The notes beneath the pieces are model-generated. The model was not told the origin of the DNA. It saw only the letters and a list, made by a program, of their open reading frames with translations, and searched no databases. From the NCBI RefSeq assembly GCF_964204645.1, contig NC_134029.1, positions 16,672,950 through 16,736,949 of the forward strand: a stretch of DNA of 64,000 nt, read 5' to 3'. Made by a program: the position numbers and the translations under genes. The DNA is from Tubulanus polymorphus (lineage: Eukaryota; Animalia; Nemertea). Below are positions 1 through 11,177 of the stretch, in pieces; position 1 is the stretch's first letter; each line of letters starts with the position of its first letter.

Positions 1-460
1 TAATTGATTATGATTGGTCATGGGCGTAAAGGCCAGGGGGAGCATGATAAAGGGCGGGAGGATAGCAAAAGTAGTTATTAGTAATAATATATAAGGCCTA
101 ACGTCCATTTATTTTCGATTTGTTTGGGATATTTCTCATAATCTTTTGAACACATACCTTTATTTGGTCTGAATAGTATCAGTGAATCTGTGCAGTCCAG
201 ATAAATCATTGTTTTTATATTCATTTTAGCTTGGAGAATCCAACTTGGGGAATACGTAGTCTTATAAAAAAAATTTCTGGATGACCCCCAATCTGGGTGT
301 CGCATCTGTGGTGCTCATCTGCCAGAGATACAGATCATGTTAAAAGTGCCCTTTTAATAATTTAGGAAGGCCCTTACAAAATGGTGGCTACGGGCTTGGT
401 GGGTTCAGATGTAGTTGTTGACAGCATAGATTAAATTTATGAATTCAATGTGTTGTAGAC

Positions 461-3173
461 ATGTCATCAAACAGCACGAGGGTTAAGGTCATTGGAGGGC
501 CGGAAGACAGAAGGAATTCTTTGATGATTCCGGTAGTTACGCTGAACCATGAGGTGAAGGAGTTGATCGTGGCGAAGGACTTGGGGGTGAAATTGGAGGA
601 TGGTGCGTACAGGACAGTAACGAATCTGAAATTTACAAGTGGTATGATGTGTTACGGAACAAAGAACTCTAAGGTATATAGTGGCGGCGTTGAAAAAGGT
701 GGTTTGGGGTTTGTTGTTGGGTGTCGTAAGTTAATAATAAGATTGGCAGGGAGGAGTTGTGTTATTTGGTGGGAAAATCATGATCAGTGGGGAACTTGTC
801 AATACTTCTATTCAGATGATTTGAATGATAGTTATTGTCGTTAGTGGCGCTAGTGTTGGGTCACCTACCTCAAAGGCAAAATGCATTGAAATGTGGGTGA
901 CTTTTGTATTCATCCTAGAACTACATTGAAACAGAGATCCCCTATTCTTGCAAACTCTAAAATGTAGATGGTTCCAAGTTTTTGATTTTTTTTTAGATGA
1001 TCAAAACTATATTTTGGATTGGTTTCTTAGGTCTTTTGACGATTTTATCGTAGATGTCTAATCCATCACATGAGAATTTACGCAACACGTATACTTGTTT
1101 GCCGCAGCTTCGTTATTGAATTCGTGATAATGATTTATGGTGATTATTTATATATTTATGATAATTCGATTATAAATATTCCAATATAGTGAATGATTTG
1201 TGTGCGGGCACTAATTCTGTTAGTACAACGTGATATACAAAATATCTGGTAATAATAACCGTATAGTGCTGCCATATATGGCCTGTAACAGCGATTTTAT
1301 CTTGTTATTGCTTTGGTGATATATGTTATTTAAAGTAATTTTTTGAGGAATCAAAGGCATAAAACAGTACATTCATGAACTGAAAAATTATAACATACTT
1401 CAATCTTCAGTGCCTGGTGGCTCTATATGGTTTATTATTCGTTAAATACGTTATATTTTACTCACACTGTAGATTTCGGACAATTTTTTTCTCATGTCGC
1501 CTTTTGCCTAGGTGACTGAACACTAGCGCTCCTAGTGGTGGCGGCAAAAGTTAAAATCACCTGAATAGAAGTATAGCCTATATTTGCAATATAGCTACTG
1601 CTGTGGAATTGCTTCTTTGGGGATGATAGTAATAATAGACGTGGTCATGTCAGGGCACTATTGCGTATAATGTGATATGAATGGCCGTTAAATTTTGTGT
1701 ACGGGGTATAAGGCAGGTAGATGGTTTGTTAAGTGCGAAATGATATGTGTCCTAATTGAGTGATAATGATGTAGGATTGGAGTGGTATTTTGAGGTATAT
1801 AACATGTGTTGCTGGGTTTGGTAATATGGTGTGTGTATTTCCAGATTTTTAAGACAAAGAAATTATCTGAGTCAGATCTCTCTATTGGGTAATATTAAGG
1901 CTGATGAACTGTGGTGCAGGGAGCAAGTTTCTGGATGTGAGCTTTTAGTAATTAGAGGGCGGTATTGCAGTCGTACTTGCAGGTGGGAGTGTTCCATAGG
2001 ACGGTTCTCGGTAATAGTTTGCACAACTATGATGTTGGGAGAAACCAATATGGCGTCTCATTGGTTGAAAAACGGCTCTAATTCAGGACCAAAATATTAG
2101 TTTTTTTGTGCTAAAAGTTACTGAGTTTTATTCCCCATACCTCATCGATAAATAAAATGGTAAAATAATCATACGTGGGAGGGTTGTACGAATGTGCAAT
2201 AGTGCCAATTAGTGAATATGGCTATGATGATTATGATGGACAATTCATGTAGCAGTGATGGAATATGTGGTTAAGGGGATTGCATTATGGCATATGTAAT
2301 TGCAGGATGATATGTATGTGAGAGTTACGGTTAGATGTGTAGGTATGTAGTGCCAGCACGGATGCAAAGTAATGGTATGCTTTAATATTTTGATAGGTGT
2401 ATGGTGTAACAACAGGCGTAAGTAATGAAAATATAGAGTGGAAGTGAAGGGATGTGGTACTTACTGATGAAGAGACTAGTTCTTCCATTCGATTGAAATT
2501 ATGGAATGATACTAATAGTGTGCTAGCAGCTGAGGACGAGGGTCGTGAAGTGATAGTTGAAAATGTGGTGGTCTGTGTGTATAATGGGGTCAGCACTTAA
2601 GATAGTACGGGAATGATACATGTGGAGGTATGCCCTGTAGTGATGTGAATAATTTTGATGTGACTATGGATGTATGTGTGATATGAATAAATAATGTGGT
2701 ATTTATGTATATTGTAGGATATTACGGACGCTGATACAAATATAGTTGAATTGACGGTAGTGGGTGTTGATACCCAGGATGATGGGTATGTAAGCCAATG
2801 AGTCATGACTGAGCAGTGATGGTGATGGAGGTTAATAGGGATATGTATAGATGGTTGGCTAATAATGGGGATGCCGGAGAGGTGTTGTGATGTATTGGAA
2901 TGTGTGCGCCGTGCTTGAAATATGGATGTGTTGTGTAGTGTATATGTGGAGTATGGGTAATTCAAGTTACTTGCAGTATAGGACAGTGATGAATTTATCG
3001 TAATGAAAGCTTGTAATTGTAGGAAATTGATCGTGGTAGCAGAGAATGGTAAAGAATATGTGTGTAGTGGTAGTGTTACCATGACAGAGGAGGATATATT
3101 GGGGTGTGTGCCATCGAAACTAATGGGTATAATAGAGAATGGAATTGTTGTATCGTTAGCTACAGCTGAATAA
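461..3173 (+). pseudogene. Spliced OB-fold (SSB/RPA-like) protein gene, copy A, decayed
   Basis: GT-AG exons at 461-673 (MSSNSTRVKV...TKNSK), 1845-~1862 (IFKTK, then disrupted), 2397-2627 (VYGVTTGVSNENIEWK*RDVVLTDEETSSSIRLKLWND...EGREVIVENVVV.VYNGVST*), 2718-2785 (DITDADTNIVELTVVGVDTQDDG) and 3023-3173 (KLIVVAENGKEY...SLATAE*). Two in-frame stops in exon 3. Exon lengths and phases match copies B and C. Confidence 0.75.
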
Positions 3174-3819
3174 ATGAAGGTATGTGGTGAGAATAATCGT
3201 GTGGTTATGAAAATGCAGTGTGTAAATTGTGTCATGATTGTTGTAATTTTCTATATTGCAGTGAGGTGATATAATATAGCTGTGGTGGTGTATTCTAGTG
3301 GTATGGCAGTGGTGGAGCAATGGGGTAGTGTGAGTGGAGGTAGCAATGGGTGTGGGATGTGTATAGCAGGGAGGTATAACCAAGTGGTGTTAGTTGTGTA
3401 TGGGTTGTAGGTATGTGCAAGTATTTGTTTGGAGGTTTGCAAAACCAATGTTGTTATCGTAATTCAGTGATCGTGGAGCAATGGATTATGATGTGGTGGA
3501 TGGGATATGGGGTGTAGGTCAAAAGGTGCATATTTAGGGTATAGTATGTAGGAGCATTTTAGGAGGTAGATAGGGGGTGATGATGTTGATGTATAAGAGG
3601 TGTTAGGTTTATGTATAGTATTCCCCGCTTATAGTTTAGTAATGTAGGGTTATGGCAGCAACTGATGAGGATATAGATCGGCGTTAATGGGGGTGTTGGT
3701 ATAAAATGTAGTGAATGCGTGAAGTGTCTATATGGTGGATTGTGGAGCCTCCATTGGGTATTGTCATTGGAGGGTTGAAATGATAGGAAATGACGGGGGT
3801 TTGGGTTTGAATGGAACAG

Positions 3820-4890
3820 CATTTTGGGGCCTCCTATGTAGTCTTAGATTGTAGGGTCAGGTGTGTTATGTTAGAGGGGCTTTAGTTAAATGGATATACA
3901 GTAAAACCTCGTTATAACGCCCCTCGTATTACCGCCATTCTCACCTACCGCCGTCATATTGCCGTGGCACCATTCAGCCGTATCTAATTTAGTGTTAAAT
4001 TCTCCCGTAATAATGCCCCTCGCTTTCCGCCCACCGCCACACAATTTACAATACATTCCTATAGTAATGCATTGTTAATTTGTCCCATAATACCACCATC
4101 AAGATTATGTCTACCCTGCACGCACGCTACGTGTCAGCGTACAATGTGTGATGGTGATGACAAGCAATGACACACCAGTAGGAAGGGTACCTGCTACCCT
4201 GGTGTGTTCCGGACGCTTTAAGATGAAGGCGTTGCAAGAAATCTGTCAAAGCAGCATTTGCTGTAGGCAAAGCAGCATTTTTCATCTGAATCAGGGGCGT
4301 AGTCTATAGGGCCCGATTATGTCTAAAAATAATTTTTGGCTGCCCTTTTTGAATTGAGTCTACACCTTTTCATTTGGTATTTTAATGCTTTTGGTAAGTG
4401 ATTTGGAGGATCACATAGATAATTTCTTTATACCGCCATTCTCGTTATAACGCCAAAATTAGCCAGGTCCCGATGGTGGCGTTATAACGAGGTTTGACTG
4501 TACAATATTAAGATTTTCGGAGCCTCCTATGGGGATGTAGATAGGAGGGTCAGTCATGTAAATAGCGGGGGGGGGGGGGTGTTTTATTGGATATGCAATG
4601 TAATGAATTATGTTTCGATTTTCGGAGCCTCCTATGGGGTTGTAGATGTGTGGGTCAGTCATGATAATGTTAGTTGGGGTGTTGTGTATGGATATCAACT
4701 GTAGTAAACATTTAGATTTTCGGAGCCTCCTATGGGGATGTAGATAGGATGGTCAGCCTAGTAATGATAGGGGGTTGTTGTGGTGGGACAAACATGAAAT
4801 GAATATTTAGATTTTTCGGAGCGTTCTATGGAGATGTGGATGGTCAGGCATGCTTATGATAGGGGGGTGTTGTGTTGGGATAAATATGGC
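3820..4890 (+). repeat. ~100-bp tandem repeat array (about 5 units, first unit split by a MITE)
   Basis: Core GATTTTCGGAGCCTCCTATGGGGATGTAGATAGG..GGTCAG recurs near 4511, 4617, 4715 and 4810. A degenerate copy lies at ~3820. Confidence 0.8.
3899..4500. mobile_element. Tc1/mariner-pogo (Tigger-like) MITE
   Basis: TIRs CAGTAAAACCTCGTTATAACGCC / GGCGTTATAACGAGGTTTGACTG, flanked by a TA duplication. Inserted into the first unit of the adjacent repeat array. Confidence 0.85.
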
Positions 4891-4892
4891 TC

Positions 4893-4945
4893 AACGATTG
4901 GGTTTGGTACAGCATTGGGCGGGGCGTGACGTCAGTGCTCAGGTA
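4893..4945. promoter_or_regulatory. Pol II promoter-like cluster: two inverted CCAAT boxes, GC box, CRE
   Basis: GATTGGGTTTGGTACAGCATTGGGCGGGGCGTGACGTCAG directly upstream of the capsid-like frame. A near-identical copy lies at ~7880-7925. Confidence 0.5.
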
Positions 4946-4974
4946 ATATAGGTGTGTAGAGGCAAACGCACCAA

Positions 4975-5680
4975 ATGATAGCACACATGACATTGAAACC
5001 AGATATTTTCTATAAAACAAGCAAAATCATGAGAGGGTACTTAGAATTTAGTAACTGACCACCCTCAACAGACGCGAAAGGATTCGGAAAAGAGGCTAGA
5101 GTATGCATTAACAACGATTGATGAATGATGAGTCATAACTTCAGACTAACAGATAGAGCCGGATAGAAAACATACCTGGCAGTAAACGATTGGTTCCAAC
5201 TATGGGACCAATTTAAAGTCATACAAGCAAAAATAACTCTATATCCAATATCGACAGAATCAGTATCGGCTGGCCTACGGGACTACGAGTAACGCACCAC
5301 AAGACCCTATAGCATGGATAAGAACAGCAGTAGACTGGGACCTAAAACAAACTGACGCAGAGGGACTAACACAGACGCAAACTTACTAACGCAAGGAGAT
5401 GACGTATAGACAGTACGACTTGGGAAGAGGATGTATAACACCAGACTTACCGACATCGACACTAAGATCAGAAATAACAGACAGCACAGACCCAACAAAA
5501 GTAATAAGAGTGGTAGACATAGGGAGAAAAGACAGTTGGTACTACACAGCCTATTGGGAATCGTGGACAAGTGCTGCATTGATAACCCAATTAGTTCTTT
5601 ATAACGATTCAGTGAGAGCAGACAAAAATACATATACCAACAGAGGGACAACCCAACTAACGCCGCCCCTCTTCTGGGTT
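4975..5680 (+). pseudogene. Intronless CRESS-DNA-virus (circo-like) capsid-like pseudogene
   Basis: The frame from 4975 reads ...HNFRLTDRAG*KTYLAVNDWFQLWDQFKVIQAKITLYPIST. After a +1 shift near 5281 it reads PQDPIAWIRTAVDWDLKQTD...TY*RKEMTYRQYDLGRG...GRKDSWYYTA. These resemble the FxLxD...F..LFDQYRIxxVKxxFxP, IxTxIDYD and KxxWxDT motifs of CRESS capsids. Several stops. A/C-rich, unlike its flanks. Confidence 0.55.
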
Positions 5681-6599
5681 AGATCCTTGTATATTAGTGT
5701 TCCTCTCTTTGGATGGACGACCAAACAAACGTGGTCCTTATTTGTCTGGTCGGGTCACCTTCGAACTAATTGAACAAGTCTTTGTTTTAGGCGATTTTAG
5801 AAACCAATAAAACTTATAAATACTAACGTGTTTATAGTGTACTGTGTATTCATCGTCGACCTAATGACGTCAGCTTATAACTTATAGTCAGTGAGCACTC
5901 TGAAATTCGTGCACCTTTTATTTATTTTTCAAACTCAGATATCTATTTAAGTTCAGTGTTTATTGAAAAAATTTCATTATGTACTGTTACATAAGTTGGT
6001 TAAGTATTGAATGAGATCAAAATAAGTATTTTGACAAATTAATCGCTACTTGATCTTTAAGGATATCATGATATACAGATTTCAATGCTCTATCTTTCTG
6101 TGGCAGTCTCGTACCTGTTCCTTTTACCAATAATGAGATCATTATTGTTTGGAGCACAAAAGGTTCAGGTATATACAAATAATTTACTGACACCAATCCT
6201 TGAAGTGGTGCCAGAAAATGAACAACCCAATATAGCAACTATTCCGCTGGCTTATTTATCAATCCCAGCAAAAGAACATTTCATTGGTACTTGCTCAGTC
6301 AAGTCAGAAAATGTTCCGAATGTTGTTTCCAGAGATCACGCTTTGCCATCAACTTATTCTGCCATAGACACTCCCCTTTAAGGGGAAACTTCTGGAAACA
6401 AAGTGATCACAGAAGCACCAGAAATCCAAGCCCATTGTGATACCAACGTGGGAGGCACATATAAATGGTTATCAGGATGAAGCGGCTAATGAACCTGGCA
6501 GTGAAAGGACTGACCGCCCCTAACAGAAACTACCGATAAAATGTGAGTTACCCCCTTCAACGAGCAAATTTCGTAACTCCTAAGCAAAAGTTTTGACCT

Positions 6600-7030
6600 G
6601 AAAATAGAAATCTAATCCATCTGAATGGCAGAAAAATAAATGCAAGGCAAGAAGGCTTTTCGGTCAGGAATTCATTTCCGGCACTAAGAAGACTGTTCCT
6701 GCAAAATCAATAATGCCTGTAGATAGTTCAAGGTGCAGGTTTGAATGCAATGACAAGATTTCGGATGATGATGGTATGCATATATTAGACTGGGGTCAAA
6801 CGAAAGATAGAAAGAATTTATCGGCACAATAGTTAATGCGGTCGCTCCTTTGCGATGCATGGATGAACAGAAGAAAGCGGCCTCCAGGGAATACCGCTAA
6901 TGGTGCAAGACATCAAGTGTGCCAAAAGTTCTTTACAAAAATATTAGTAATATCTAAATCTGTTATAAACACAGCCCTCCAGAATAGTTAGCCAAGAAAA
7001 CAAAGAAATTGCAAATAACCCAACAAGTGA
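6600..7030 (+). mobile_element. Degenerate DNA-transposase N-terminal fragment (Sola1/DUF7869-type)
   Basis: Translation NPSEWQKNKCKARRLFGQEFISGTKKTVPAKSIMP...RCRFECNDKIS ... HQVCQKFFTKILVISKSVINTALQ fits the WxxNxxKxxRxxG / CRxxC / VCxxFFxxxLxIS pattern of these transposases. Frameshifted. The element may start near 5890. Confidence 0.5.
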
Positions 7031-7877
7031 ATAATGGAATGAAAGCGATGACTGTCGTGGAATTATTATGTGTGAACACAAGGGCACAGAAGAAGTGTTA
7101 CAGGCAAGGTGATTGGGTTGATAAAATGTTATGATAGGCATTCATTTAGGGAATAATGCTATGGTATATAATAGGCTTTGCAATGCCAATGTCATTATGT
7201 AATAGTTGAGCTTGAGTTTGAGCATAGTGGTGTACGATGTAGATTATAGGTTATGGGATCATTGTATTGCGGGTCATGCATGCTGACTATTTGTGATGAA
7301 GTTTATGTAGGTGAAATTAATCCTGACAATGAATATCCAAGGGAATGAGAAGTGCTGACATCACATAATTAGGCTCTTTGAAGTACATCTCAATTCTTGT
7401 GCCTGTATTATAAAACAGATAGTGGAATTATTTACAAAACGTGTGGTTATCGTTTGCTACCCATTAGTCTGTTCGAATGTAGGAAAATATGTCTCGGGAT
7501 ATAATGTTCCCAGAAAAAATGGCCCCGAGAAAAATGTTGCATATGGAATGTGGAAATGTCACTCGGGAATGTAGTAAATTACATTATCAGAGGCGATCAA
7601 GCGAGGTAATTGTGTTAATGGCACAATAAACCATGAAAAACAAATCATCTTGCTACGAGAATATGTAGATTTATATTTCATACTCGTCTCTCGCAATTCA
7701 TTGCGTAGTTTACCACGTAGACAATTGCGCAATTAATGTGCGTTGCGTGTTAGGCCCATCCAGTCCGGGGGTGAGTCTGGGGCCGTGCGTGTGTTGTCGT
7801 GGCCGGGGCGAGAGGTGGTGTGTTGTTGTGGCAACTGAAAACAATGGATATATTGCTTGCATGTGGAAGGCAGGCTT

Positions 7878-7960
7878 AATGATTGGGTTTGGTACTGCAA
7901 TTGGCGGGGCTTGACGTCAGGGCGCGGGCAATCTAGGTGTGTTTGGGACAAGCAAGACCT
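7878..7960. promoter_or_regulatory. Second copy of the CCAAT/GC-box/CRE promoter-like cluster
   Basis: GATTGGGTTTGGTACTGCAATTGGCGGGGCTTGACGTCAG...AGGTGTGT aligns with 4895-4958. Confidence 0.5.
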
Positions 7961-8827
7961 TTGAGGTCTTGCTATGTTCAATTGTAGCTTCAATAGGTAA
8001 AAAACATTGAAGCTGAAAGAATATAGGATAAAAGTGTCATGTATTGTCTCGTCGGTACATGTCCGGAATACAAAAGCTGAAAGTGTTAACTAAATTCTGA
8101 ACATGTACGTAAATGGCTCGACGTGTGATGGAGCTAGTTTTCAATAATCAATAAACTTCATAGAATTATTTCATGTGTTTACATGTTTGGCAGATGACTT
8201 TTGTATATAAAATGTTATAGGCCTAAGTGTGATTGTTATCCAAGGCGGTAATTTAATATTTTATATATAAAATATATAAAAACTCCAGGGGGTTGGTAAA
8301 CTCAAGGCGGGCACTGAATCAAGTAATTGTTTTTATATGGCCTCAGTTGTGTATTGGCGTGGTGTATGCTGTTAATCTAGGGGGACAGCTGTGTATGAGT
8401 TTATATGTAGTGTTGGTAAATAGAAGATGTGCAGTCGTCGCTGTAATGGTCGAATAATCAGTAGAATCTGATTGTCATATACATTTAGTACAGGGGTTTA
8501 TTTGTTTACATTTGTGCTAGAAAGTAGATTGAAAGGCCTGCGTTGACGTAAAATTGCAGATCTGCTCGTTAGTAAATGGTTCATTCATTGGGAACTGGCA
8601 CACTGGCAATTTTATCAGCAGGCGCCAGTGTGATATCAGACGCACTTGTTGAAAATTAGTTAATTTAAAAGTAAAATCAATGTTAATTTTCCGTCATCCA
8701 ATGCATGAAGTGGACAAATCATGCATAAAATAAACTCTGATATGTGTTAAACCTGCTTTTGTTGCTTTGCAGTATGAATTATAGAAGTTGCAATGTGATC
8801 TTACTATGTATTCGTTATGCTGTAGAT

Positions 8828-10318
8828 ATGTCTTCCAACAGCACAAGGGTGAAGGTGATTGGAGGGCCAGAAGACCGGAGGAACTCGATGATGATTCCGG
8901 TTGTAACATCCGCTAATGTGGTGAAGGAATTGACAGTGGCAAAGGGCCTGGCAAGCAAACTTTTGGTAGGATCACACATGACTGTAACTAATTTGAAGTT
9001 TACGAGCGGTGTGGTGTGTTATGGACCGAAGAACTCCAAGGCATGTAGTGGCAATGTTGTAAATGGTTGTGAAGGGGATTGTGATTTGTGTATAATGTGC
9101 GGCTTGGTGGCTTTAGGTAGTAATGTGTGTCATCATTGGGTGAAAAGTGGCTGATCAGTGTGCTATTGAGTGGTAAATAGCATGGATCATGTGTTTGGTA
9201 ATATGGTGTGTTCTCTTTCAGATATTTAAGACTAAAGATTTTGAAGTGGACAGTGACATGTTCACAGTGTCAGGTTATATGCATGCCCCTAAGGTGTCCG
9301 TCGCGGATGCTTTGCATTCCCCGAAAAGACGCAGGGTTAGTGCGACGGGGAAGGTGACAAAGGTAAATACTTACTTTGCGGTTGGGATGGGATACGTTGG
9401 TAAGGATTTGTGGTTGAACAAGATGTTAGCATATGAAGTACCATGGTTGCTGGTGGTGTTTTCAAGGAATAGGGTGTTGCACAGCAAGTTTTTGCTGATG
9501 AAGAGTTGGCATGTTGTCTGTTACTAGCCTGGTATGGAAGTAGTGTGGTATTATAATGGAGGGCAGTGTAATTAATGTTGGGAGATTGTAGGATGTGGAT
9601 TGAAATGGGGCTTTCTGAGCAATGTCACAATACAGAAACTAGTGGCCAGCTCAGTTGGTACATGGATGGGTTTTAAAATGGTTTGAAATAGCATTGTAGG
9701 CATGGATGTAGCAGTTGCAAAATGTATCGTGACCATAGGCGCAGTGTTTGCTATGAGTTAATACTATAAGGTTAAAGTATGGGATGTATGAGCTGTGAAA
9801 AAGGTTATGTGTGGGGTAGAACACATTTTAGCCATGTATGTTAACGCAGAAAACGCAGTGGTATCATGTAGGTTGGATTTAAAATGTGATATTTGTTAAC
9901 CTTTGGTCGTGAGTGCTTCAGGATGTGTGGCATGTAGAGGCATCATGATTGCAAAGTAATGGTATGTTTGTATTATATTCATAAGTGTATGGTGTAACAT
10001 TAGGAGTGAGCAGTGATGATGTTGAGCGTGGAGATGTTGTAATAAGCGACGAGAAGACGAGTTCCTCCATTCGTCAGTAATTGTGGAACGAGGGTAATGG
10101 CGTTCAGGCAGAACAAGACGAGGGTCGTGAAGTAATAATAGAAAATGTCGTGGTTAATGTGTTTAATGGGATCACCTCCTTGGACAGTACCGGGATGATT
10201 CAAGCGAAGGTATGGCCATCTGTGCTGGATAGTTTCTATGGGAATAAGGATGGATATTTGATGATATAAGTGTGTAATGTGCTATTAATTTATGTTGTAG
10301 GATATAACAGATGAGAAC
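8828..10318 (+). pseudogene. Spliced OB-fold protein gene, copy B, 3'-truncated
   Basis: Exon 8828-9040 (213 nt, same as copy A; donor reads GC). Exon 9222-9362 (IFKTKDFEVD...ALHSPKRRRVSATGKVTK). Exon ~9985-10209 with mutated acceptor and indels (LWNEGNGVQAEQDEGREVIIENVVVNVFNGITSLDSTG). Exon 4 starts at 10301 (DITDEN) and breaks off. Confidence 0.75.
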
Positions 10319-11177
10319 AAATTCTGATTCAATGAAATGTTATCTTGGAAATCATAACAAAATCATATTTGAAATCAGATGACTGCTATGCGAATTATGC
10401 CATGCTACGACAGTTAGGCTCAAGAACTGTCACTCAGTATTTTTATAAAGATTGGAACAATCTTTGAACAGAATGGGTGGAAGGACCAAAAGGTGAGCAT
10501 GCTCACTTGATGAATTCAACAAATAATAGGTTAGAATTTATATCAATGTGAAAGTGCTGTGTCTAGATTTAGTAACATTATTGTTTTCTGGCTTGACTTA
10601 TCAAAAAGTTTTAGACTAACTGTGGAATAAGACCATCGAGCTGTTGAACTATTTTTAAATGCGCTTTTCTCATATTGTAATTTTGGATGTATTAAAATTT
10701 TTTGCTGCGCTGTAACTTCTTGAGTTTTCGAGATATCTTCACAAAATGTGGAGTGTAGCTCTAGTACATACTATTCTACTGCATGAAACTTTTTTAAAGG
10801 CATAAAACATATTGGTTGGTGATTATAAAGGTTTGAAAAAAAATATTTTTGGATAATTTACAAAATTCTAAAATTTTATGAAAATAAGTACCCCCTATTT
10901 AAAAAAAAGAGTTTCATGCAGTTTATATATATGTCTACTAGATTTTTGTCACATAGGAATCAGGAATGGAAGGCCATTGAAATGTAGGAATCAAAAATTT
11001 TTTCTGTGGAAAAAGAATAGGACTAAATTATCAGTAGGGCAATTGATATGTCATTAAAAATATTTATTGCTGTTGCGAAAGTTAATTTTCTGTGTAAGGC
11101 ATGGATTTTAATTTTAACCTATAGTGGGGGATGACGTTGAGGATAGAATGATATGATGTATTTAATGTGTTGTAGAT

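Noticed and set aside
2285-3822. Minus-strand ORFs of 65-212 aa rich in His/Thr/Ile/Pro
   Set aside because: They are antisense shadows of the G/T-skewed plus strand. The real coding signal is the plus-strand spliced gene.
3820-4890. Conserved-core plus variable-half repeats as a CRISPR array
   Set aside because: The variable halves are homologous to one another (G-run, TGTTGTG..GGATA), so they are diverged tandem units rather than acquired spacers.
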